Shown here: in pieces, positions 52,575-64,000 of the stretch
How the letters are laid out: the number at the start of each line of letters is the position of its first letter
How positions within the stretch are numbered: position 1 is the stretch's first letter
Assembly (NCBI GenBank): GCA_025786725.1
Contig: JAHLTZ010000010.1
Span: 620,001-684,000, forward strand
Reading direction: 5' to 3'
Length of the DNA stretch: 64,000 nt
DNA from: Syncephalis fuscata S228
Taxonomy: Eukaryota; Fungi; Zoopagomycota
Translations under genes and position numbers: made by a program
The notes under the pieces: generated by a model
What the model was told of the DNA's origin: nothing
Database searches by the model: none
Seen by the model: the letters and a program-made list of their open reading frames with translations, nothing else

Positions 52575-53548
52575 TAGTAACGTTTACAGTAACAATTTCT
52601 GCTACTTGAAGCATCTAATGAGTTTTGGGTTGATTTTCAGAGCCGGTACTTTCCCGCATATTTCGGCAATGATGTACCGGTATTGTATTGGTAACTATCC
52701 TAATAGAATTGCTTATTATTATGCGTATAATATACTTATTAGTACTTACCAATTTATAATAAAAAACTCTCGACATTTACTTCTTCTGAATGAATTACTG
52801 CTATGCTACTGCATCCAATATTGCATAACGCAGTCAAGCACATTGTTTGTATACCTTCTCGTGTCCATCGTTTCCACGCATCAGATCCAAAAATACGATA
52901 TTGCTTTCGAGCAACATAACAAAGTATTGTAGAAAACAATAAATTAGCAGCTACATTCGAACCAACCCCCATGTATATAAAAAACTTGGGGTAATGCATG
53001 ATACAACCAAGTTTAGCTTCTAGAGTGAAAAAGCAATAGTATGGTACAAAAAAGCCCATAGTAATTGTGGTATCATAAGCATAACACGCAGTGCATCACC
53101 CATTTCTGTTTGTAAAATACCAGATAAGTCTTTCGAAGCAGTATAAGATTGTTGCAAAGTGCGATACTGACATGCTAAATGCTACGAACTACAACATACT
53201 TCGGCAGGTTAAAAGTGGCTTAGATGCATCGTCATAAACAGTATACTAAGCGTAAAGCTTAGAAAAGAAGAGATAAAGCAGCGCCATGAAAACAGTCTCC
53301 GTGATTTATAATCATTTGAGTGGATATAATAAGGTTGTGTGTAAAGATATAAATATAAACATTGAGAATATAAGCTGTACATGACTGCTGAACGTTCAAA
53401 AATAAAGTTTGTTTAAACTTCCAATTGCTTCCATGTAAAAATTCGATATTTGTATTTCACCGCATGGATGCAAAGGAATGCCAAAAAACGTCGTAGTATT
53501 CTTTTTCCATCCTGTATCTGCTGGGTTATTATAGTCAATAATTGCCAT
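52575..53548 (-). CDS. Lineage-specific multi-TM protein (copy 1), several frameshifts
   Basis: MAIIDYNNP...FGIPLHPCGE...; YRIFGSDAWKRWTREGIQTMCLTALCN; homologous to 60370-61370. Confidence 0.55.
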
Positions 53549-54675
53549 TAGGAAACAGACTAATACATAAAAGCAAATAAAATATTATTTGCATAGCTTA
53601 CGGTATTGAGTAAAGAATGGGCAATAATCAATTAAGAACAAAATAGTGGGTAATCATGATATTTTTGTTTAAAGCCATCGACAAGAGCAATTTGTCTAGT
53701 TAAAATCTGCTTATGATTGTCCAGGCCTTCATTGCAAGACTCGATAACAACTATCTGGGGGGCAGCCTTTCATAAATATTTTTAGCTTAGGATTTGGGTA
53801 TATTTATTACAACCGGTTTAAACACCAATCGCCTTTAAGCCTTCCTTGCATACTGCATTCATATAGATTGAACACAATTCATATACACAAGTAGTGACTG
53901 TATGGAATTATATATATCAATCAAGATACTGAAATATTAAACTCAAAACTATATATTCACATTAGTCAAATTTCTATTATTGATGATCGGTGATATTGCC
54001 TTTGTAAGTGTCTTATTTAATTTATTTTACCATGGATAATATACTGTGGTTTTAAATGAACAGATAATGAAACGATGCTTAAATTACATATTATCAGCAT
54101 TAAAATATAAAATATTGGCTTTAGTTGTAATATCTTTGCTGCTCTTGAGCATGCTTACACCGAAATGAATAAAAGCGCCAAGCAAATTAGTACAATGCTA
54201 TAGCAATTCAATTCATTGTTTTAAAGTTTTAACGACATTGGACGAGCCACAAGCAATGTTTTTATTTGTATTTGACCATGGAATCTGCAGTTCCATGCAC
54301 TGATTTGATGTACATTCCCCAGAAAGTATACGATTTGCCACATTTAATTTAGCTTGACTCTTGGTATGTGAAATAGCAATGGCACTATTCAATTGGAACT
54401 TTGCTACATAATAATGCGCCTATTCGACTTTTCTCTACTCACATAGCAACTTTATTTATCTATTAATCAATTTAAAGCTAAATGGTGTTGTTATGGTGTA
54501 CATTGTTATGGCTATTTTAAATAAATACCCGATTGACTAAACAAACAAACAATTTACTATTTTCTTGTAATATATTAACTTTATTGAGTGTAAATGACAT
54601 ACATTTGACTAGTCTTGTTAAAACAATTGGTTTTTATTAACTAAAATATATTAATATGAATTTATACTACTTGTA

Positions 54676-56980
54676 TTATGCCAAGCTACTAGTTTGGGCC
54701 AATTTCATATTTAATGTTTCGCGTGCTTTGGTTATAGAAGCAAGCAAGGGATCTAGAAGCTACAGCCAAGTTTTGGTTAACTGACACTATAGGTTTGCAC
54801 GTAACCTTACCTGCTCAATGGCCTGCGTATCGCCGGTTGGTGTTTCCATTTTAGCCAGTGCTGTACGAGCACGCTCCTCTACAGTTGCCAGCGAGCTAAC
54901 AAGTCGCTCACACTTGCTACGTTTCTGGGGTGACGATGACGGAATAGAGGCCCAAAAGTGTCGTAGCAATTCAATGCCAGTACGCTGACAGCTTTTGAGT
55001 TCCTCCAAGTGCTGACTGGAAATGCGGTCGACTATACAACGAATAGCTTAATATATAGAATTATGATCAAATCAATAGCTCGTACCATGGTCGCGTGTTC
55101 GTTGATTTTCCTGTCGTCGCTGTAGAATTGCATCGTTTAATTCGTTAAACACACTTTTGGCATCCTCAGAATTCAGCATAGCCTAAGAATAATTAATGAA
55201 TACTTAATATAGCCATCATCACAACGTACCTCTTGCAATGAAAGCTTTTCTTGGCAAAACGCTTTAAAAAACAACTTTACATCTTCCTATCATGGTATTT
55301 ATTAATAAATCATCACCAGATTCATTCTATAGCCTACTGGTGTAGCCGCTGTCTTAGCCTGGTTACCATTAACCGCTGACATTTGACTTTTAAGATATCT
55401 ATCCTGATCTTGAATCTCTAGCTTTAGCCTTGGTGCCGCTTCAAGTGGATTTAGATCGGATATTGTGATGCTTTCTGCCAAATTAGAATCCTATCGACAA
55501 AGTGTTAAAGCCGCTGCATATCATTCAACCTTTTTTTTACTTACTTCAGGTATATGCTTGCCCTTGTTACTAAACAATCGTATCGTCAGTTGATAGTCGC
55601 TGCTATTGCACTCATGATACTCACCATAATGTTTTTACAATCTGCTCCGAGTGATGATTAAATCGTTTGATTAACGAACGAGCTGATTCTACTCGCCCAG
55701 GTACCATTGGCCAATCAGGTCGACGATCCACCTAAGCGTATATTATTAGCTTTAACTTAAACTACACATCTGTGGCAGCTTACCATATGACCATCCCCCT
55801 CAGTGGCAGCAAGATCCAGTAAAATAGGCAATTCATCGATTTTACGTCGTTTACTTTGATCAACCGCTAATATTATTTCATTAGTAGCATAATAAACTAT
55901 ACAAAAATAAAGTACCTGTTTCATCCTGTTCTAAACATTTATCAAAGATATCGTCATTTTCAGTCACTGTATTGGCAACAGCACGATTGCGATGAAAGAA
56001 CCGTGATTTAAAGTAGCGTTTCCAAAAGATTGCTTCTGACAGCTTTAATAACACCAGGTTATTAAATGCAGTACATTTTTATATCAGATTACCTTGTCTG
56101 GTACATTTCATCGTATGCCCGTTTCACTATCAACTCGGCTGTTTTAGTACTGGATACAGTTAGAAAAGTTCAACCTATCTACCTGAAGGGTGCTGAAAGA
56201 ATATGGCATGAATGATTTGCGGCGTTAATGTAAATTTTACATCACGGCCTTCTTCAGTAACTGGTCGTAAATCTAGCCAAGCTGATGCGTTGCCTTTTTG
56301 CTGGTTGACACGCGTCCGTTGATTGTCGACCAAATGCTACTCAATCCATAATAAATTACTGTTTGTCTGCATACTAGCTTTGGCTCTTACTTTCTTATTG
56401 GCCCAAAATTCCTCTTCTGTAATATGGCCAGCAATGACCAATTCGCGATGAACTTTCTGCAATTCAATGTCGTGTTTTAATAGCTCTACCCGAAGTCGAA
56501 TTGCTTCCGGTAGGCGGTTTCCTGAAGGACGAGCGGGCTGAGTATTACCGCCTGTACCGCTGCTAGCACTTCGCTTGTTACTACCAACATTGTCAGTACT
56601 CGGTGCTCCTTGCAAATCGGCTAGTTTAAGCCGAATTGCTTCTTTGAATTCCTCGCGCTTAGCCACTGCCTCTCCTCCCGGAAAGATGAAAGAATGATTC
56701 TCTTCCGTAGCGCCATCCGTGGCAGCCTTAAGTGTAATTCGTAGTGCAATATTCTTTGCCGTGGCTGGATTCACCAGTTGAGCTATTGTTCATGATCAAT
56801 AAAGGCTGCTTTAGCTGATGACGTAGTTACCTTTAATAGAAGCAAAAGGGATTGATATTTTTATGGAATTGGCATTCTGTACCGCCCAAGCAAGGCGTTG
56901 GTCTGTTATATAAAGAGTTCCTGGTGTTTAGCGTAAAGAGTGCTAGCGGAAAGCCTGGGGCTTTCGTTTTGTTGCCACAT
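54676..56980 (-). CDS. TFB1: TFIIH subunit Tfb1/p62 (PH + BSD domains)
   Basis: PGTLYIT..RLAW (PH); VHRELVIAGHITEEEFWA; VKFTLTPQIIHAIF; LSEAIFWKRYFKSRFFHRNR; LIKRFNHHSEQI; ELLRHFWAS. Confidence 0.88.
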
Positions 56981-58867
56981 GCCGAATAAAATGTAAAGCA
57001 AAGCTGGAAAGCTAAGAAATAAACATTTATATTTATATTTTTGAAAAAAAGGTCCTACAGCTGTGTCATGTTTGTAAATCACTATAACTTTTTATCACTA
57101 ATAAAGATGTAATTATAAATTAATCATATATTATATTTGCACATATAATTCATAATGTCGATAAAAAACCAGATGTATAGTTATGTAATTTTTGCTAAGC
57201 AGCCTAAATAGAAGAAAGAGTAATAGAGGTGGCTTAGTCAAATGTTAATTACTTGAATTAATAAAGATTATTAATTTAATAGCTTAACAACTCTTATTAA
57301 CATAAATAGCCTTATTCAGTAATTTACACAGAAGTAGCAACTGTATAAATTTGAAACTAAGTTGAAAGTAACTGGAAGTAAAAAAAAGATGTTTATTTAA
57401 TGTTTGGCTAGCAGTATTAAGTATTTATAATACTGCGGCGATTAAATGGCGAGTAAATGCAATGGACCCTGATGGAAAAATTTAATTAGAGTACCACAAA
57501 GCTTAAACTGAACTTTGCTAAATCATGTAATTTAGGCAATAATAACAATGTAAAATGCTATAATCTTAAATAAATAGTCAAAAAATGCACGAATCTTGGT
57601 GATAAAAAATGGTATATAGCAATTTAGAACTGATATAACAGTGTATTTATAAAGTCATATTACTATATTATCATTAATAAATGTATAATTATTCTATCAA
57701 AATAATAAAGAATAACAAAATTTAATGAATTCAAATATTAAAACAACCATTCATGTAATTGCTACATATCTTTAACGCCATTTTATGGCCCTCCTTTTGA
57801 GTTTTTCCATTATAAACCATAACTTTTATGGGCTAGCTTATGACGACATCCAAATGAGCGCATTAGAGGTTTAATAAAGACAACTTTTAACAAGCCTGTG
57901 TAGTTACAAAATATTATACCTAACAATACTTGTCACAGTTCACCACATATTGCTATGCTAGTTCGGCTTTTGTTTCATAGCTACAAGTGTAGACAAGGAG
58001 CAAATGTATCATGTATTCAATGATGCTGGTATACACTTTATTGATATTAATTCAAGTATACTTTACCAGCCTGAATTCACTCAGTCATATCAACAAAGCA
58101 GCGCAAATACATCCACTGTGTCAAATACAATGGCAATGATTTGCTAAACTGGTTTGGCCCATGACGTTTCTATATTTACAATTCCGTTGTATTGGAAACA
58201 CTAAGCAGCACGTGCCTAAATTTAAAAGCACATTCTAGGTAGATATTGAAAAGTTACATAAACAATAGTACACGATGATCTTTGTTCGCTCGCCCACAAG
58301 TCTCAAATAAGCAGGTGCCGTTCTTTGTACAATGGACCCGCTATTTATTTACCACCAGGGCGTTGTAGTCAGAATTTTAAGACAATCAACAACTTGCGAC
58401 GCATGTTTAGAGTTTACCAATAGAATTACTAAATTCTGGTTCGCATATTGCTTTGCGGAGAAGCTCCGACCATAATTCCTGTGCACAACGCCCAAATCAA
58501 ATGATCTTTACATTCATGGCTTTTATCGACACAGTCAAGCCATGTAACAATGTTAGCTTTGCGTAAACCATTCATGTGCTTGCTCACTATCAGCATGCGA
58601 TTGCAGGTATTTTTAATTTTATATAAAGCAGCAGACAACTTTGTTGTAATTTCAAGACATCATCCCATCAACACGCTGCTCAGCTTACCTAAAATTTTCA
58701 CTGCTACTACCACTTGTCTCAGCTAGACTGACAAGTTTTATTTTTCTCCCACTTAGCAATACTACCTGCGCGCAGTATCAAAGCACTACCGTTGACCGGA
58801 AGTCTACTACAACGCACTTTTTGATACCTCGCTTATAAACGAATCAATTGCTTTTATTTATATTGCT

Positions 58868-59526
58868 ATGAATTTCTCTATTGTTTCAGCACTCTGTCTT
58901 ATTGCAGTTGCCGCTGCTAGTGTAAACGCAAATGCTACTCCGCCCAACAACAGCTATGGATCTCGTCCTGCCAGTACTGCTAATCAAGCTCTCAATCGAG
59001 TCCACGTTCAAACTCCCAATCGAGCTCCTACTCAAGCCCCCAAGCCAGCCACCAAACCGATTGTTGCACCTGTACCAAGCCAAAACAGCGGCAGTATAGA
59101 CCCAATAGACTTGGAAATGATTTGCAGAGTAAATATTTTGCGCGCTAGAGTGGGCAAGAAGCCACTCAGCATAGCTCGCGATTTGGTCGATGCTCCCTAA
59201 AGCACAGCATAATTCAAGCCCAAGCTCGCCGCATTGCCCATGACGGCCTCAGTGATGGATCGTATATGAACCGTCTCGTTGGTTACAAAACCCGATGGAA
59301 TCCACCTGCAGAGAATGTCGCATCTCACAATGAAAGCGTCGAAAGAACCTACAACCAATGGTTTAGATCATCCGGCCATTATAATAACATGATTGGCGAT
59401 TACACACACACTGGCTGTGCTAGAGCCAAAGGCTCTGACGGTGTCTATTATTGGACTCAGTTGCTTTCCAACACACCATCGGCTCCAATTGTATATCCAG
59501 ATTGCTCCGGATTTTCTGGACTTTAA
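58868..59526 (+). CDS. Secreted CAP/SCP protein with Pro/Thr-rich linker; frameshift near 59197
   Basis: Signal peptide; MICRVNILRARVGKKPL; (K)HS; AENVAS; WFRSSGHYNNMIGDYTHTG; YYWTQ. Confidence 0.82.
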
Positions 59527-60369
59527 GGCAGTGTTTTTTTGTACTATTGCCTTAAATAAACGACATTAGTTTTCTTGCTAACTGTATGAACTACAAATTC
59601 TTGTTTATAAAATATTATCAAGTTTTATTTAGCTATTTTTATTTAACGAATAACTAAAGGAGGCAGCATTGCAATAATGTAATCCACTTATAAAGGCCAT
59701 AAAATATGGTCAAAGTACCTTATTCTACATTAATCTGCATTGAATTGAATATCTGACAACGACTATATCGCAGCGCAACACTGAGTAATTAGCCTAGTTT
59801 TGTAGTTATAGCTATTTGGACTTTACCACCGTTAACTCGGCCAACTCTTTATTTATTTTTACCATAAAATACATAAACATTAATTTATTGTAAATTTATT
59901 TTAGATTCGATGATTTAATTAATAGATTATTTATTATATTCAGCTATTATCTTTTTTGTTTAATTGCACATGATTATTAGTAAGTACGCTTAATAATGTT
60001 TTTCTAGATTTATATGCTTCAATTCGTTTATATTACGTTTATTTCTCCTGTTTGCGCCTTGATTTCAAAATGATTAAGCTCCGTAGTGTTACACTGCATT
60101 TGCGATAACAATAATTTAACTGATAACGTAAATATAGGCGACTGTAAATTTACACAGAAAAGCAACCGACTTGGGATTGATCAACTTGATCAGACTATGC
60201 TAACAGGAGTGTGGAACCTACTCGTAACAGCGGACACAACACCAATCCATTAGCTGTTCCTGTACCTTGTACTTTTAAAAGATTGTATTATTTTATTTAT
60301 AATAAACTGCTACATTTTTAGTAAAAAGGTTACATTTTACAGCAATTAACGTTTTTTTACACTAGTACA

Positions 60370-61370
60370 ATGCCATCCATCGATTGTACTAATCCAGAAA
60401 ACACAGAATGGATTTATTATGTGCGCGACTATGGGGTATTCCACTTCACCCGCATGGCAAAACAAACATTTATGATGTTTATATAAAAGAAACGGTATTA
60501 GGAAATTTCCATAAAATGCAAAATTAATTACAAAGCAATTTGTTTTAACGACATTTTCTGCCCTAGCTATGCAACTATTCGTTTACAGCTCAATAATAGC
60601 ATCCAGAATACTTTTAGAGCGACCACGCGTCCTTGCATTTTGGTGCAATTTAATATCATCGCTCGTTAGCTTTATAATCTTTATTGTATCTATAATAATG
60701 CGGCTGGGATGCTTAATTACTTGTCGAGACATATGATGGTCCTTCAGCGTTGTCAACACCATAGTTAGCGCTTCTAATACTTTAATACTGGTCCAGAAAG
60801 TTTATGCTGCGCTTAATAGACAAAAATGGGTGCTTTACATTAGTATACCGCAAGGATCCTCGCTAGGATTTATTGTTTTAGTTATGTGTTATTGTTTTTT
60901 CACGCTATACGCAAAAAATGACTGTCTTTTCCACTATCTCAGCTTTTTGCCTTGGTGCTGGTTGGTTCGGTTATGCCACTTAATACGTTTTTCTCGGCAG
61001 TTTTTTGTAGAATTGCTTTAAAAAATATAAGAAATTTAGATCGGAGGCTTGGAAGCGATTGGCACGCGATGGCATTCAAACCATGTGCTTGGCCGCATTA
61101 TGCAGTATCGTTTGTTGTAGTTTTATAGCATTTCAGGTAGGAGGCTCGAATGCCAATTTATTTTATCCTATAGAGAGGTAAGTAGCAATAGATTAGCACT
61201 TATCATCAGGCTAATATACTTTTAGCATGGTTGTTGCAACCATACTAGTGCATCACTGTAAAGCCATGCGCAAAACTGAAAAAACCTCCAACCGTTTCAA
61301 TCTTTATCGTCCAATTGGCTTGAAGCGAACTCCTGTTATAAAACACACATAGCGCTACACGAATAACTAT
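60370..61370 (+). pseudogene. Lineage-specific multi-TM protein (copy 2), disrupted by frameshifts and stops
   Basis: MPSIDCTNP..; YCFFTL..KNDCLFHY; KKFRSEAWKRLARDGIQTMCLAALCS, paralogous to 52575-53548. Confidence 0.5.
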
Positions 61371-61512
61371 AACTACAACACTGAATTCCTATTCAGTAAT
61401 AATAAAGAGAAATAGCACTGCAAATGTTTCAAATTCATTATTTAATATTACGCTATTAGTTGTCAATGGCTTATAGCAATAAAAAGCTTTATATTTATTG
61501 AATATCAAAAGG

Positions 61513-64000
61513 TTATGCGCTATCTCGCACCAGTTTAAGAACAAAGGTGGAGTCGTTGATCTACAATTATCATTAGCACCATTATTATTATTATTATTTA
61601 TTAGTAATCTTTTACTAACCTCTTGATCCTCCTCGGCGATCAATTCGGTCGCAGGTACATCTTGGGCACACTCGGTCATTGGTAATAGAGAACGTTTTAG
61701 CGTTTTTACAATCAGCTCCATCTTATTGGAGAATACTTGGGACAATTGACTTTGTTCATCCTTAATCAAGTGATAATAAGTGTGTACTTTGTCAGTTGGT
61801 TGCAAGCCCGACTAATTTAGTTGGTGCATATCAAACGATTAGTACTAAATAGCCATTTACAACACTTATATTTACTTTTTTGCGCAAACGTTGAACTCGA
61901 TTGATAACTTCACGTGCTAATCCTTCTTGCAGCAATTCGGCGTCCACCAATGTGTCCAATAGAATGAGTACATCCTTGTCGGTATTCGTTTCAAATCGGT
62001 TGTCGTCCGATTCAAAGAAACGTACCACTTGAATATCGCCTTCCACCAATTGAATGCCATCAACTAGCAACTCGTGCGTAGTGAGAATTGCTTAACTTGA
62101 TCGGATGGCAAGCTAGGCAATGCATTCTTTACTTTCATGAGGTCCTTTTTGAGCTTTTGACCCAGCACTTTGTAGTCTGCTTGGGCACGATATTTAATAC
62201 CATATTTTGCTTCATCGTCGGTGATGGTCAGTGTGCGCACATTCAATTCCTATGTATTTATTTAGCTATTTGCCTATTATAAATGACTATTACATACCTC
62301 AAGAATGTATGATTCCAACGAGCGAATGTCTTGATGGTATTCAGCATCCATATGGATCACAATCAATTCGCGCAATGGTGTCTATTTTGTTCAATCAATT
62401 ATTAATATTGATGAGCTGTTATACTTTGTAATTAATCAGTTTTCTTACCTTTAAACTAATGTTACGCTTTTCGCGAATAACACGGCCCAATTCAATGACT
62501 GTTTGCATACGTGCCACCTGGCGTTCAATGACCTTATCAAAATATTCGGCACGTGCCTCTGGGAAAGGCAAAAAGTGCACACTGCGTACATCTTCCTCTT
62601 TGCCACTGGCTGGAATAAAGTCCTTTAACTTCTGGTACATATGCTCGGCAAGGAATGGTGTAAATGGCGACATTAGCTTGACTAGCGTGAATAGAATTTC
62701 AAACAGCGTATTCATGGCTGTTACACCATCTTCAACGCCTTGTTCTCCCTTAAGGCGTTTACGATTGAATCGAATATACCAATTGGTCAATGATTCAATC
62801 AACTTGAGCAATTCCGGTGTCACTGTGTACAAACGATAAGCGGCCATTTCCTGGCGTACAAAAGTTATTAAACTTTGGCAAGAGGCCAAAATCCAACGAT
62901 CCATTACATTGTCCGATCTTGGCTTTTCTGGATTGTATTTGAATTGCACATTATGCTCTTGTTCAAGCCATTGAACCTGGTTAAGGAAGAAACGGAATGA
63001 ATTGTACCATGGTAGCAATACGCGAGAAATAACATCCTTGACGCCATCTTCACGGAAACGCAATGGTTCAGCACGTACAACCGGTGAATTGATCAAATAG
63101 AGACGAAGGGCGTCCGCACCATACTTGTCGATAATCAACTGGGGATCCGGGAAGTTGCGAAGACTTTTACTCATCTTCTTGCCATCACTGGCCAGCACTA
63201 AGCCGTTAACAATGACGTTTTGGAAGGGCGATTTATCAAACAGATGTGTTGATAGTACAAGCAACGTGTAGAACCAGCCTCTTGTCTGGTCTAAACCTTC
63301 AGCAATAAAGTTGGCAGGAAATGTCTGTTCAAATAGCTCCTTGTTTTCGAATGGATAATGCTTCTGGGCGTATGGCATGCTTCCACTCTCAAACCAACAG
63401 TCAAATACTTCGTCAATACGACGCAATTTGCCTTGACCCGTCTTTGATGGAATGGTGACATGGTCAATCTTGTGGCGATGAATATCGGTAAATGGACCTT
63501 CGCCAGACAATTCCTCAAGTTCTTTAATAGAACCAACACAAACAATTTCTTTAAAGTCTTCGCTCACCCATAGCGGAATAGGTGTACCCCAGAATCGACT
63601 ACGCGATACGTTCCAGTCGCGCGCATTTGCTAGCCAGTTAGCAAATCGTTTCTCTTGTACAAACTCTGGTACCCAGCGTGATTCGGCATTGCATTTCAGC
63701 AATTTGTCGGCAATAGTGCTAACGCGAATAAACCAGGATGGCACTGTACGATAAATAAGTGGTGTATTAGAACGCCAGCAGAAAGGATAGCTGTGAACGA
63801 TTTGAGACTGGCGGACCAAACGTCCTTCAGCCTTTAGTCGCTTTTGAATAAGCTTGTCGGCATCCTAAAAGTCACTTATTGTCACAAAAAAGCTTCATGG
63901 TATATATTAATACCTTACCTTTACATAAACGCCAATATAGTCGGTAACAGGTTCGATAAAGCGGCCTGACTCGTCAATTGGACAAGGAATGTGACCATCG
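61513..64000 (-). CDS. ILS1: Cytosolic isoleucyl-tRNA synthetase (5' part outside the window)
   Basis: HSYPFCWRS, DWNVSRSRFWGTPIP, FIAEGLDQTRGWFY, KKMSKSL, EGLAREVINRVQRLRKK; final exon INDSTFVLKLVRDSA*. Confidence 0.97.

Noticed and set aside
62075-62095. Frameshifts as pseudogene or programmed-frameshift evidence (IleRS, TFB1, INTS3, PCTP, CAP genes)
   Set aside because: 1-nt indels occur even in essential single-copy genes (IleRS QF/LTTHELL), pointing to uncorrected sequencing errors.

Overview
AT-rich, intron-dense eukaryotic DNA, most likely an early-diverging fungus (Zoopagomycota/Syncephalis-like; inference). Intron-rich conserved genes: INTS3, UMP1, PfkB kinase, URA4, divergent MSH4, SMP3/PIG-Z, a REC114-like gene, RABL6, SFT2, PCTP-like START protein, GPN2, PAM16, RPN12, IWR1, acetyl-CoA transporter, TFB1 and IleRS. 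Interspersed among them are lineage-specific, mostly intronless genes: five secreted CAP/SCP proteins, a divergent actin, an F-box-like protein and two multi-TM paralogues. The key discovery is the apparent ~80-bp 'satellite' at ~33.5-40.3 kb. On the minus strand it reads as 85 tandem units of [GT-AG intron + 3-nt exon], placed downstream of a signal-peptide exon at 40649. Spliced by hand, it gives an open, amphipathic, secreted ~120-aa protein in which essentially every codon is interrupted by a phase-1 intron: an extreme one-codon-per-exon micro-exon gene. The assembly carries scattered 1-nt indels even in essential genes, so frameshifts alone are not evidence of pseudogenes. Exon boundaries were read by eye.
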